A model generated the notes under the pieces. That model was not told the origin of the DNA. It saw only the letters and a list, made by a program, of their open reading frames with translations, and searched no databases. A DNA stretch of 64,000 bases, taken from contig NC_068981.1 of the NCBI RefSeq assembly GCF_001194135.2, positions 81,699,396 to 81,763,395 on the forward strand. The letters run 5' to 3'. Of the stretch, positions 22,501 to 35,955 are shown one piece after another. The translations under genes were made by a program, and so were the position numbers. Each line of letters begins with the position of its first letter. The stretch's first letter is position 1. The DNA comes from Octopus bimaculoides. Lineage: Eukaryota.

Positions 22501-24501
22501 TGTTATATCGCACGTTCGGATGACCTCTACTCAACTACTATTTCTTTATTTGTTACTACGGCCACAACACAGAGGGGACATTACAAGGACAAACACAACA
22601 CCACAATGGGGACAAAAAACATGAAACGAATGAGAATGAGATGTTATATGAAAATGAAGAAATGAAATGGCTGCATCGGCCCCATTCCCATGCAGTACCA
22701 TTTGAACGTTTATATACACTATTTAAAATCGTTCAATTTTTGCGTTGTTTTTTTTCTTAATCATCTTTTTTTCCTCTCTTTTTTTTTCCATGAAATACTT
22801 TTACTTTTTTTTTCTCTTTTTTGTTCCTTTTTTCTTTGTTTTTCTTTTTTTTCAACAAAACAATTTTACTTACTTTTTTTCTTTTTAATACCTCTTGAAA
22901 GGCGCCAAGTCTTTTTGTTCAACTACTGGTGGCAGGTGTTCGAACTCTACCAACACATCGGGCTGGTCAATCCCGTCTCCGCACATGTCTTTCAGTCTCT
23001 TGTATGTGTCTTTGTCGATCACAATGGCCTTCACGTTTTCGGAATATATACCCGTGGGTAAACTCACTCTTATGATATGTTTGAATTTTAAAATTTTTCT
23101 TTCCGTCTCTTTGCTTTTTGCATATGTTACGAAATTCCATTTATTTTTTCCTCTTCTTGGTTTTTCTCTTTTCTTCTTCCACTTCTGGTACCTTTTCCTT
23201 TTCTATCTCCACTTTGAACAGTCTCTCCATTTCACCCTCATACAGTTGCACCCCTGAATCTTTTTTCTTCGCTGGGATAACCGGCGTCTTTAACACTGTT
23301 TCCTCCTTCTGTATCTCCTTCTCGTACACTTTTTCAATTAATTTTTCACTTTCTCTCTCCACCACCCTTTTGTCTGCCTTCCTTCTGGTCGCAGCTTTCA
23401 TTTCCACCTCTTCTTTCTTCTTTTTCTGGTTCCCTGGCGGCGCGCTTGCTCTTCCACTTCTTTTTCTTTCTACCAACGTGAATCCCTCCTCCGCTGTTTC
23501 TTCTTCCGTCTCCAGCTGTACTACTTGGTTCGCACTCTCCCGCTTCTCCGTCTGTTCTCTCTGTGGGCACCTCACCTTCATGTGGCCTTTCTCCCCACAT
23601 GCAAAACATATCGGCGGCCTGCCCTCCACCATCACTCTCAATCTCAAGTCGTCGGGCAACACTATCTCCTCAACAATTCAATTTAAGTCTTCTATTTTGC
23701 CTGGATAGTGAGCTCAATTCCGTATCCCCAGTAATTAATTCTTTGTGTCCTTGTGGCTTTCAATATTTTGGCCCCATCCTTCATGTTGAATATTATGGCT
23801 GTCATCAGCCACGTTTCTTTTAGTTCTGGGGGTACTTTGCCTATTCGTACTCTGGCCACACGTTTGCCATAGAACGAAGGCAAAAGCACCCACTCCTCCG
23901 ATCTTATTGCCTCCGTCGAGTGTTTAATTGCTTCTTCCTCTGTCGCAAAGCGCACCTCCACGGTGGCATACTTCCTTCCTCTTGTTATAAATGTTAGATT
24001 TTTTATGCTTTTTAAACATTCTTCAATTTCCACAACTGTCGCAACCTCTATCTTTCTCGTTGCAATTTTCATTGTCTTGAATACAACTGTTCTTTTGGTT
24101 ACATTGCTTGTCAGTTCTGCAGGTGGCGTTAATTTCAACGTATCTCCAACTCTCTCCAGCAACCTCTCACATTCCTTCATTTTCTTTGGTTCTACCTTAA
24201 TTTCAATTATTTCCAATGTTTCCTCTTCTATTCCTTTTCCAGTTGTGGTCGCATAACTGTGGCCACCCACTGGTATTTTCTCTATTTTTACCCCAATGGG
24301 AAGAGAAAAAAAAACAACAACTCCAACAATTCGAACAGTAATAATTAACAAACAAATATTTAATGTTATGACTCACGATAAAAACACTCCGTTATCAACA
24401 ACTCTTCAACTCATAGACCTCTGCTCCGACGTCTAGACACCTCCCTCTATATCTACGTATTGGGCTAGCCTATTTCATCGTTTGGGGACGTCGACACAAC
24501 A
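22501..24501 (-). mobile_element. 2001-bp insertion with TGT...ACA termini encoding only a frameshifted Tx1/L1-like ORF1 (RRM-like region, CCHC knuckle, charged tail)
   Basis: Ends TGTTATATCGCACGT and (reverse complement) TGTTGTGTCGACGT. GATAG flanks both sides. ORFs 24351-23692 and 23662-23141 include CFACGEKGHMKVRC. The insertion is absent from the paralogous site at about 40700. Confidence 0.7.
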
Positions 24502-27250
24502 GATAGATAACTTCGATATGTTTCGGCCAGATTGGCCCAGAGCATGTCTAACTTAATAGCAGTGCTTGATAGGATCTGTTAAATCATCTTTTGGTCAAGC
24601 TTTGTGTTATCATTGCCTATTCGAGTAAGGAGTTGTTGATTGAGATGTATCCAGGTATAGGTGGCTTGTCTGTTATTCCTTGAAGAAATTTGTCCAGGAT
24701 TCATTTGAAGGTGTTGGTATCTTTTTCCTCTTTGATTTGTTTTGGGATAATGTTAAAATAGAGCGGGACCTGTCGAGGACAAGAAATTGTGTTGTAATGA
24801 ATTTATGTACTGTGATCCTGAATAGTGTAGGAGTCATATACCATGTGGTCCCAGCCTTGGATAAATTCTGAATCGAATGTTAAGTTCTTATGCAGGTGAT
24901 ATATTCTCCACGTTGTCCAAAAGATGTAGCGCTCATAACAGCGTTGGAGTAAATAAGTAAATAAAGTTTCAATGTTTTACAGTGGCCCCAATAATCAAAA
25001 TCAGAAATGCCCTTAATTTTTTAGTGAATGCTTTCTGGGGTTGCTCAAGTCTTGTAATGCTTTGCTTTATGTGGGGAGACCAATTCTTAAGTCACTTAAT
25101 ACTATAGGATGCTGTGAGTGAAGAGAATGTGTTGGGTTAAACGTAGTCTTTTTTCTTAAATGCATCAATTCAAATTTCCTCTTATTTAACCACATTTTGT
25201 TTTTGTCTGCCAGTTGGCTTGCAGCATGTAGATCCGTCTGGAATTCAGTTCGGTCTTGATAATTTTCAGGAGCTTGGTGTGATCTGCGAATATGTTTACC
25301 CTATTCGATGACGTTTGAGCTGTTGTCTATATAGACTATAAGCAGAAATGGACCCAAAACAATCCCCTGAGCGACACCACTGGTGATTCTTTCTGGGCAG
25401 GAATGAACTCCACCCATCACAACATGTATTTTGTTCACCAGGAAGTAATAAATCCAATCTGGCAGTTTTCCAAGGGTTCCAATATTTGACAATTTTCACA
25501 GGCGGTTATTGCGGTGGACTCTCTCGAACGCTTTACTGAAGTCAAAATATTTGAGATCAGAGTTCGAACATGATCCCAAGGCTTTGAGGACATCGTCGAT
25601 GTGCTGTGACGGCCGTATTAGACAGTCTCTGCCGCAGCAGAAGTCATGCTGGATAGAAGGTTTTGACTTTCCAGGAAGCCAGTTATCATTAATTTCATCA
25701 CTTTCAATCACTTCGTTGATATGGGAGGTGAGGGAGTTTAGACGATAGTTGACAGCGAGAGACCTTTTTCCCTTTTTGAAGACCGTCAAGACAAATTGAG
25801 ATAAGAACTTCTGCGGTATATAGCCTGAGTCTTAAAAATTTTTCCCGATGTTGGTACGTGGGATTGCAAGTTGGTGGCCACATTCATTTAGGATACTAGC
25901 GAGGAATCTATCAGGGCCTACATTTATTGCTGCTGTGATGTCTGAGGCAGTAAAAGGTATGTCCGAGATAATATGTTGAAGATCAACTTCGTTCACATTC
26001 CTTGCATCAATAGCTGTGGGATCACTAAAGACAGAGCAGTATTGTTCCTGCAGTAGTTCGGCCATTTTTTTAGCGTCATGCTGGAGACAGCTGTTATCAT
26101 CAGTCAGTGGACCAACGGGTGAGACAGCGGTTCTATGCTTGTTGACATATTAATAAAACACTTTCGGATCCTGTTTGATTCTTTTGATTACCCAGTTTTC
26201 CTCTCCAGCGCATTGATTGTCGTTGTAGGTTTTACATACTGATCTGCAAATTCTGTTTTCCCAACTCAAGCCTGCTTAATGCTGTTCAGTCTGGACGTTG
26301 TTGGTGGTAGTATTTTAATTGGTTGATTTTTCTTAGTCTTTTGATTTTCCCAATGAGTGTCTTTTTCCCTCTTGGGAGCCTATTTCTGTTCATGCTAGCG
26401 AGTTTCGTGCGTATTTTGAGCATGTATGAGAGACAATGTTCTCAAAGCGCAGCCATATTATATCAATATGAGAGGAACTGTAAAAAGGAATTTTCTCATT
26501 GGTTAGTCATTTAATCAGGTGATATATTGTACTCGTTTATATTACTTGATGTTATGATTTTCCCATAGTTCTGATGGATGGGATTTTTCGTTGGTCCGTG
26601 TTAGGAGATGGAATATGGTTTAATTTGTATTTATTGCACTTCCCTTTTGCTGTTTATTTTTCCTTCGTCTTCAGCCTTTCAGATGGTGATAACTACGTTC
26701 CAGATTCAGGCATATCTTTAGAGAGAAAGAATTTTGACAGAGGCTAGGATGAAACAACGTACACCTGTTGCCTTTTGTGCATCCGTGTTTAGCGTCAGGG
26801 ACACGGGCTCTATATTTGGGAGAGTAACTGGAATCAGTTTTTTTTCCATTTATACTATATGGATAAGTGCACTTAATAAGTCTACAACAAAGGTAGACAC
26901 TACAACATAAGGGAGTATAAGAGAAAGGGCGGTGTCCCTTGTTGATGGTGCTGCTGGGGCCAAATTAACAAATACCTTGAAACGGATAACGGAAGGTTTT
27001 TTTGAAATGGAGGAGGGTTGTCTATATTGGCATGTGGGTTAGAGGAAGAACCGTTGGTCAATGTCCCTGATGTAGTAGTAGTAATACTAGACTGTTGCTG
27101 TTGAAGTGGATTTTGACCTGTCGTAATGGTAGTAGTCTGTTGTAGTGAATACCGTCAAGGAGACGAGATAGTGAAACGAAAGCAGGCGGTATTTGCTGCT
27201 GAATAACGGTTGCTGAGGTGACCTATGACGTCTTACCACAGAGTACGCGG
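24502..27250 (-). mobile_element. CR1/L2-group LINE, degenerate ORF2 with (TATC)n tail
   Basis: AELLQEQYCSVFSDP, VFKKGKRS...NYRL.SLTSHI, YFDFSKAFERV, GVAQGIVLGPFLLIVYIDN, and C-terminal GPALFNIIPKQI...LDKFL..I.DKP. Confidence 0.8.
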
Positions 27251-27322
27251 TACTCTTTTTCTCTATATACATATACATCTAATTATTCATACATAATTAA
27301 ATTTCAAATACATATATGTACC

Positions 27323-27363
<41 letters not shown>

Positions 27364-27373
27364 NNNNNNNNNN

Positions 27374-27417
<44 letters not shown>

Positions 27418-30400
27418 AAACAAGGATTGACAATTTTATAGATTCCCATTAAACTACATCTATGAACATTTCAAGCAGTTACTCTACTCAAGGGAGCTAA
27501 CTATTACATTAATGTCATGCAGTTACCTAACATTAACTGTGAGGTTAAAATCATGAAAAGACAATAATCAATGAACGAGAGCTTCCAAAAAGTGTTAAAC
27601 GTGCTTTTTACTACGAATCAGAGAAATTACAGACGTGCCAAGATTTTGTATTGATATTAGAATAATTTCATGATTCAACTTGGAGAAATTCTAAGTAGTA
27701 AATCCTCTGCCTTTGTGTAGTGTATAAATTTACCCATACAGAAATATAGACACACACATACATACACACATACACACACATACACACACAAACATAAATA
27801 TACTCACAGAAACGCACACAAACACGCAAGCAATAACCATCGTACACACACTCATTTAAAAGCAAACATAAACACATGCACACACACACACACACTTGCA
27901 CACACACACACACACGCAAACACAGAAATACTCACACAAATACACAAATATACACACACACACATACATACGCACACACAAACAAACATACACTCACGGC
28001 AGTAAACGCACGCATACACTGTCATAAAGACCAATACACGAATGTTTGTTTTTACGCATACTAATATATAAAAACAATGGAAGTTTAAAGTGAAATGTTG
28101 ATGGATCATTGGATATCTTTCAGTAGAGCATCATATTGATTTTTAAAAAGTAGACAATGCCTTTGGAGTTATTGCTAAGTAACCCTCATCAGAATGTAAA
28201 ACAACTTAAGTTTATAACGGCAGATATGTCGGCATGCTCTTAAACGGACACATATATGAATACGGACATACACGCCTAATACATAAATATGCACATATAT
28301 ATAGATATATAGATATATACAATAATAACTATATAATAATATATCATAATAATAATCTAGTATTAGATAGTTAAGTATCTATACATAAAACTTGACTGAA
28401 ATTTATAAGAGAGTGTTTGGTTCAATCGGAAGCGCATGGCCCCCATGTTAGAGTTGATATGTGGGTTCGATTCTAACTTGGGTAAGCTCATCATTTATCG
28501 GTCAGTTGTTTAGATAATGTCGCGTTAATTGGAATATATGTCATTCAACTACAGTACTAATTGAATAATATTCTTAAGGCCGCAATCTACTCACACGCAG
28601 CATCTCCAGAGCCTTGTCGCTAAATTAGTCCTTAACCAAACTGTTAACAGTTTTGAAGAGGACTCGTCCCTAACTACATTTCGGCGTAAAAAATTGAGAT
28701 TTGGTTCTGTAGCAGAAAGTTTACATCAAAATTTGTAGAAACGTTATAGGACTAACGCTTCCAATCAAGTTTAGATCTAAATAACTTTTTAAAATTTTAT
28801 TTTAAAAGCAGAATATATTCATCTTAGCTTCAATGATAGAAGAAAGCATGAGGAATTTCATAGTTTTGGTCCCATGCAACAAAAATTTGTATCAAAAAAG
28901 TTGTGAGGTAAAATATGAAAAAGAAATATATATATAAGGCAAAAGATTGCATTTAAGTATAATTAACTGTTTTATTTAAAAAAGAAACTATATTTTAATT
29001 GAGCTTAAATGATAGAGCTCCATTCGAGGAATTTTATGGCATCAATTTCATGCACTGAAGTTTGAAAAGAAAAAAGTTATGAGTGTTTGCTTCTCAAATT
29101 TGAGGGTGATAATATAGTTCTATACTCTTTTATGAATATAGTTCTATAAGGGGACTTTTAATATATGTCATCGGAATCATTGAGTGAAGGAAAATATTAT
29201 CAACGAACCGCTAATTTGCAATTTGTTTAATTACATCATCTGTATTAATTAATGCAATTATATCATGTAAACACAGTCCCATGATATCTGAGACAAGAAA
29301 CAGAATCGTAGTAGTTTACATTGGCAGGAATTTCTCAGTAAGGTAAAAAAATTGGATTCAAGTATAATTAACTCTTTTATTTTAAAAACAAGCTATATTT
29401 TAATTAAGCTTATATGATAAGGTTAAATCGAAGAATTATTAATATTATTTTCATTTTTTTAGATTAAACCTTTATATTTTAATTCAATAACAATAAATCA
29501 ATCAATCAATCACAAAAATGAAAAAAATAAAAATATTATTTAGAAATTTATTAAACTTATTATTCAATTTTCAATAAGGTAAAATCTTATTATATCTGGT
29601 AAAGTACAGAACAAGAAAATTCTTATTTAAAATATTGCAGCTAAGGATAAAATATCAATGTTAAAAATTATTTCATTTTAATATACAAAGTAACATTATA
29701 ATTAAAAAAGGTACCATCATTTTGTTAAAATATCGACACACTAGAATACTTAAAATATAAGAGCCAGAAATACCAATATGGCTAAAGTTTTATGCAAAGT
29801 AGAACAGTATATACGTAAGATATAGGCATAGGGTCAAGACTAAAAATGTGAAGAATTGGCAATAACTTAGGCAATAACTCGAGTAAATTTTACTGTGAAT
29901 TTGTTGTTATAGGTAGATTTTACTGTAATATATAACTAATTTTTGTATTATTCTATTAATTGTACTAACCAATTATGTACTACTATTATTTTTTTATAAC
30001 CTATTTTCAAATTTCTAATTATTAATTAATAATTAAAAAATGTATTTTTTAAAGTACAAAAAAATATTCTAATTGAGTTATTTCAAATTTTGATAGAAGT
30101 AAGAAGTAATAACAAATAGAAGTAATAACTTGTAATAACATTTTTAGTTTTAATGAAAGCTAATATTTTCTAAATCCAAATATTTTATTTGAAATTTTAT
30201 CCTTAACTGTAATATTTTACGTAAAAGTTTTCTTGTTCTGTACTTTACCAGATGTAATAAGTTGTCTTAAATTGTTCCAAGTGTAATAACTTGTCCTGTA
30301 CTTTTCCAGGTTTATAATCTTGACAATATTATTTCTCTTGCTCGCATTTTTCTATGTAAAATTATTATTATTATATATTATAGTATAGTTATTACTCTAT

Positions 30401-31596
30401 GAAAAAATTTCGTAGTCGCTCTTTCTCCGCAACTTATCAAGCCTCCGAGTTTGTTTACAAATATTATATATATATATAAGCTGTAATTTTTTTAATAATT
30501 ATATATCGTTAATATAACAATACATAAAAACGGGCTAGAGTTGAAGTGCTCAGCATGATCTAGAATTCACATTATTGTAAGAATGGATACATAAGGGTGG
30601 AATACCACAGGAACAATACCATATATCCAACGCAAGATTTAATATATGTGTGTGTGTGTGTGTGTGTGTTCAATTCCTTCAAAAATCAATAAATAAATAT
30701 ATAGTTTTCAGTCTCTAAAATGTGTAAAAAGTAAGGTAAAATAAAGTAAACAGGCATATGCAACGATATAAACTTTAGAAATATCATGAATGTTTAAAAT
30801 ATTTATTTTAAAATATTTATAAACATGCATAGTTTCCAAGTTACTCTTTTACTCTTTTACTTGTTTCAGTCATTTGACTGCGGCCATGCTGGAGCACCGG
30901 TCATAAAGTGGCAGAGGTTTCGCATCCATAAAGGGCTTAGCCCCATGAATGACTAGTTAGCGTCTAAAACCGAAGGTCATATAGTTCTTCAAACCTTGGA
31001 CGTAGGAATCCGTTATTGATCGGACCACTGTATTTATATANNNNNNNNNNNNNNNNNNNNNNNNNNNNNNNNNNNNNNNNNNNNNNNNNNNNNNNNNNNN
31101 NNNNNNNNNNNNNNNNNNNNNNNNNNNNNNNNNNNNNNNTCTCTCTCTCTCACTCTCGTTGTTCACGCGTGACCATCTTTCTTTTCCTGCACGGACGTTC
31201 AAGAGAACGTACGTTTTTTTTCTCTCACTGTTCTATCTTTTTTCTTTTCAAAACAAAAAATTGTTTCTCCCAGCGTTCACTATTTTCCGCTCGTTCTGGT
31301 CTAACGAACTTCCATGTTTGTTTTCGTTCAGTTTCCTTGTATGTCTCCACTGTCATGCTTTTGTTTCCAACTTTGAGCGTCCATAAATCCTAAATTTTAT
31401 TTTAGAATTTATGGGAGCAACTGTCTTTTAGAACTCATATTGTCGTTGAATGCTCGAAATGAGCTGGAGATAGACAGTCGACAACTGATGAAGGGCCCTT
31501 TCTCACTGTTTACTTGTCCTGCTTTCCATTTTTCCTCGTTGTTTACGAATCTTATGTTATTTGCACCGTTGGTAACGTCTTGTACCCATATATGCA

Positions 31597-31634
<38 letters not shown>

Positions 31635-32690
31635 CAGGGAACACGGTTGGATAGCTGGTCTTATTGTTAACGATTACTACATTGAGTTTGGTTCCTAAAA
31701 CCGGGATTCGATCATTATCTATTGAAATGTAATTTCATTTTGAGGATCTGGGTATGCATGTTCAGAAACCGCTTTGGGCTTTTGCAATTCCGCAAAGGTC
31801 TAGGGTAAAATTGCAGTAGAATTTCTTGAGATTTCTAGTATACTAGTCGACAAGTGTTTTGAATTATAAAATCTTTACTCTCGCTGACGCCTGGAAACTG
31901 ACCATTGCCCCTGTTTGAAGTAAAATATTTGCAATTTGGGCTGCTGAGATATTTGCATTAAGGGGCACTCTAATTTTCGAAGAAAGATGTTGTTTTTCTA
32001 CTTGTCTCAAAATAACAGTTTCTTTGGGACATGCATTCAACTTATTAGCAAGTGTAACTTTTGTAATAACCAGCAGAGTTTGCCACAAATTACCAGGGGT
32101 CATTTAAGGTGCGATCAAGAGCCTCACAAGAATGTCTATAAAACATTCTGCTTGAGAATCTAGAGTGATGTTATATCATGGATAATATACAGGTTTTGTT
32201 TGAAATTTCAACAGATTATAAAAAATTCGTGATATATGGATAAAAAAATGAATGGGCTCTGTCAAATGTAAAATCTTTATTTGTTACAGATTAGAAGTGG
32301 GAAAAACAATGCAAAAACGGGTTCCTCGATTCCAAATATATTACAGAAAGAAAATTACGAACAAGTGTTTATATTAAATTGATAATACACAATCGCAAGC
32401 AATTAGCACATAAAACAAATTATACAATGATCAACGAAATATTGATGTTGAAAATATACAAATGACTGTGACTGCATACAAAGAAACAACATGATTTTTG
32501 TTAATTAAAGTTAAAGGTTGTAATAAATATTTACTGAACAGTATAGCAATTTTCTGTAAGATTTCAGTCTCTCTCACACATACATAAATTCATAATTTTG
32601 ATGCACACGTATAAAGAAGAAAATTACAAAATATTCTTTCAGTGATACCGTTATAAATTTGACATATAATTTAAATCGATCATACTCTTA

Positions 32691-32928
32691 TTAACCTTCT
32701 CGTATAGACATTTTTAGATTTTTCCAGAAAACATCACTTGTCGTCGCGTTCTCCGTCGGAAAACATATATAACTCTGCATTTTGACTTGATGCTTTAATT
32801 GCAAAGGTAGAACGTCTACAGGAAGTTCTTCGAGCATTATGACAATTACCAAATCTCTTTCAGCGTGAACACATTCCATTTTAGCCATGTTATATTCAAA
32901 CATACACCACTCACTTGACAAAAAGCTC
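32691..32928 (-). CDS. TLR: TLR terminal exon (C-terminal half of TIR), intact; partner first exon not found
   Basis: Acceptor GTTTAATTTCAG|G, then SFLSSEWCMFEYNMAKMECVHAERDLVIVIMLEELPVDVLPLQLKHQVKMQSYICFPTENATTSDVFWKNLKMSIREG*. Same phase and position as the 464-704 exon; 40 of 78 aligned residues are identical by manual count. Confidence 0.9.
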
Positions 32929-33359
32929 CTGAAATTAAACGAAATTATACATTAATATAACTTAAAAGTACGAAACAATTATTGTCATAATTTGCTGGTA
33001 AAAACTGGGGGTGTGAAAGGAGAAAGAAAGAGTGAGAGGGAATGAGAGGGAGAGAGAGAGAGAAAGAGAGAAAGAAGATTAAAAAGAAAAAGATAAAGTA
33101 AGGAACAAAGAAAGAAAAAGAAAGAAAGAAAGAAATAGTATGGAGTGGGTTCTTCATCACCGTAGCTCACCTTATACGGTAGTATCCATGTATAAAATGG
33201 TTAGAGGGAATCGGGATATTCTTTGTGGTATATCCGACGCTGTGCTCTGCCACGGTTACAGACCACAATTCAAAAGCGATCTATTGAAATATACACTGCA
33301 GTAAGTGGGAGCGTTTAAGTTGTCTAAAAGTCTTCGAACCACAAAAATATGGCGAAACT

Positions 33360-35050
33360 TAGTCTGTCTTGCAACTCACATTATCCAAATAAATTCATCG
33401 TTCCATTGACTGTTTTCGATAATTTTGTCTAAGACGGAAAATGTCACTAGTTTTTGGCACAGAAAGTGCAATGTCTCTAGTAAACCTGATTTCTAAATAC
33501 AGCCTATCAACCTTTCCTTTATCTGGTATATTTGCTATGAGATAGTTATCTACCTCAGTGTTGCTAGTAAACGGTACACCATGGTTTCGTCGTCTATTCA
33601 CGGCAGTGTTGGAGATTTTCTTCTTTCCGGTCTCTCCCCCACGTTTAGTGCGTTTCATATATTGCCTGAATGCCTCGGACTCTCGACATTCAATTAGATC
33701 AACCGACTTGGATTTAACTTGGGAAGATGCTAATTTGAGTTGCTTGGTACCTCGACGATTCAACTCATAGTTGATAAATCCCACACTGCATTCTGAGTCG
33801 AGATTATAAATGGGAACTCTCTCTAGTTTAGCTAATTCCATGTTTATCAGACAAGGAGAGACTCTTTGATGATGTTTCCAAAACTAAACAGAACTCTGCT
33901 GGTTCTGGAAACCATCCGCTAACTTTGTACGAAGCCTCTTCAGTGCTTGTAATACCTCTGGCTTCCACTTGGCTGCAATAGCTTCAACAGAACAATATAT
34001 ATCTTCATCATATCTGGTTTCCTGGAATCTGCTAGAAGATTCAAAACTGAGTGCAGGACTATGTACATTTAGCAATCGGTTTGTATCCCCTCTGGAAAGG
34101 TCACCATAAAGTTGTTTGAAAGCAGGTACAAGTTTTGAGTCGGTTGTGCTTGCTGAAGTGGTGAGCGAAAGGAATGGTTCGACAAGGTGCAGTCCAGTCA
34201 GCAATCCTGTGCAATACGAGACTTTGAGGAACTCCAGATCTTTGAATCATCGAAGGAAACAAGCTAATTGGTTTGTAACATGCTCGTATTTCGCCAGATA
34301 CGATGCTATACCATTCGGGTCGTACAAAGTTATTGCACAAGTAGTAAGACGGTTAAAGCGTTCATTCTTCAGGGCAACGAATTGATTAACCCGTGGTTGA
34401 ATGTGCTTGTCGAATTCACCAGTTTTGTTCCATGACTTGCGAGCAAAATCATGACTGATTAATCTTGTTATGCAGTCAAGAGCCTGAACAGTGACACTGG
34501 ATGAGCTCGATGTTGCATTTACAAGAAAATTCGAATAAATTTTGTCTCGACTAATTGCGTTCTCGATGTCCCTCCACTGTTGTTATTACTCGATTGAACA
34601 TAAGTGAAGGGTGCACATTGCAAAACAGACGTGTTCTGTGCTGAGATTTCCTGCTACGATCTCTCCAATCTCAACATTGTGTGATGTTTAGTCCGAGATA
34701 ACAAAATCAGTATTTTCAAATAATATTTTAATCGGGATATTATTTGCTGCTTCTAGTAGCGAAAGTGCTAGTAATTTTCGAGTCAGCTAGGTTATTTCTT
34801 GCTTGTGATGCTACAAGCAGAGTCGGTAGAGCTCTGTAGCGACCATTAATAATCAACCCCTGGACGGAGAAAGATCCAGCTCCCTGCTTTCCAGATCCAT
34901 CATCAGAATAAGTAACGACTGACATTTTATCAGAAGAGAACTCTTACAATTTCGTCCCAATGCCAGGCTCTTGAATGTTACAGGGTACAGATAAAGTGTC
35001 TTGATCGACGAAATCCGCCTGATCATGTGCCTTCCAATTTCTACCGAACA
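33360..35050 (-). mobile_element. Degenerate DDE transposase with CxxH signature (hAT/P/MULE/Kolobok-type architecture; family not assigned)
   Basis: Collinear fragments TYSDDGSGKQGAGSFSVQG (D1), DFVISD.TSHN (D2), LFCNVHP (CxxH), KNERFNRL, and NLDSECSVGFINYEL (candidate E). Several frameshifts. Confidence 0.55.
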
Positions 35051-35389
35051 GTTTGTTACCCACTGTTATCAAAGTCCCTTCCGCTTGTTTCTGAAACATA
35101 TGATATACACTGGGTTTTTTGAAAAATAAGGATGGCTGGTGAATCGTATAAATTCAGCGTTTGGCTTATAACATTCTGTAACACAATTGCAGCGTGGAAG
35201 GTGTTTATAAGCCATTTAAAACACACGAAAACCATTAGATTCACTTCAACATTTATATTTAATTTATCAAAGTATTTTTGTCGCTTTGAAACCGCGACCT
35301 GTTCACTGACAAAAATTCCATGGTGCAGTAGCTGATGTAGACCAGAAGCACACACATCAGTGGCTACGCAGCTCAGAACTAAATGCAGA

Positions 35390-35860
35390 GAGCGAAAGGT
35401 TTATCTTAGTTGCTTCAAAATCAGAGCTTATTGACCCGTAACTACCAAGCCATAGTGATGAAAAATGGAGTAGACTCAAAGTACCGGTACTGCAACGATG
35501 AGATAGAAACAGTGGACCACCTAATCTCTGGGTGTAATGTTTTAGCACGTACAGAGCATAAATCAAGACATGACAGATTTGGTCAATATCTACACTGGTT
35601 AATCTGTCGGCATTATAAAATCAAAACTGCTGACAAATGGTTCAAGAACTACCCTGAGGCTATAACTGAGGGAGAAATTGTAACAATTTTTTTGGACTTT
35701 GCTCTACTTACAGACTAGACATTCAAAGCTAATGAAACAGGTATCGTTGTGAAAGAGGAAAACAATAAAGTCTGTTTATTGACTGACATGAGCATACCTT
35801 GTAATCATAATATCTCGGCAAAAGAATTTGATAAACTCAGAAATACCGTTAAACATTTCG
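35390..35860 (+). mobile_element. R4/Dong-like 3' fragment (CCHC motif plus REL endonuclease)
   Basis: YRYCNDEIETVDHLISGCNVLARTEHKSRHDRFGQYLHW; followed by (TAA)n at about 35897-35950. Confidence 0.8.
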
Positions 35861-35894
35861 TTCAGTGTGCTAACGATTCAGCTAGCTCACTGCC

Positions 35895-35950
<56 letters not shown>

Positions 35951-35955
<5 letters not shown>

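Noticed and set aside
29440-30200. Mitochondrial insertion (NUMT)
   Set aside because: Extreme AT content only; no recognisable mitochondrial protein, rRNA or tRNA motif.
31864-32103. 79-aa minus-strand ORF (MTPGNLWQ...)
   Set aside because: No recognisable domain, splice signals or context.
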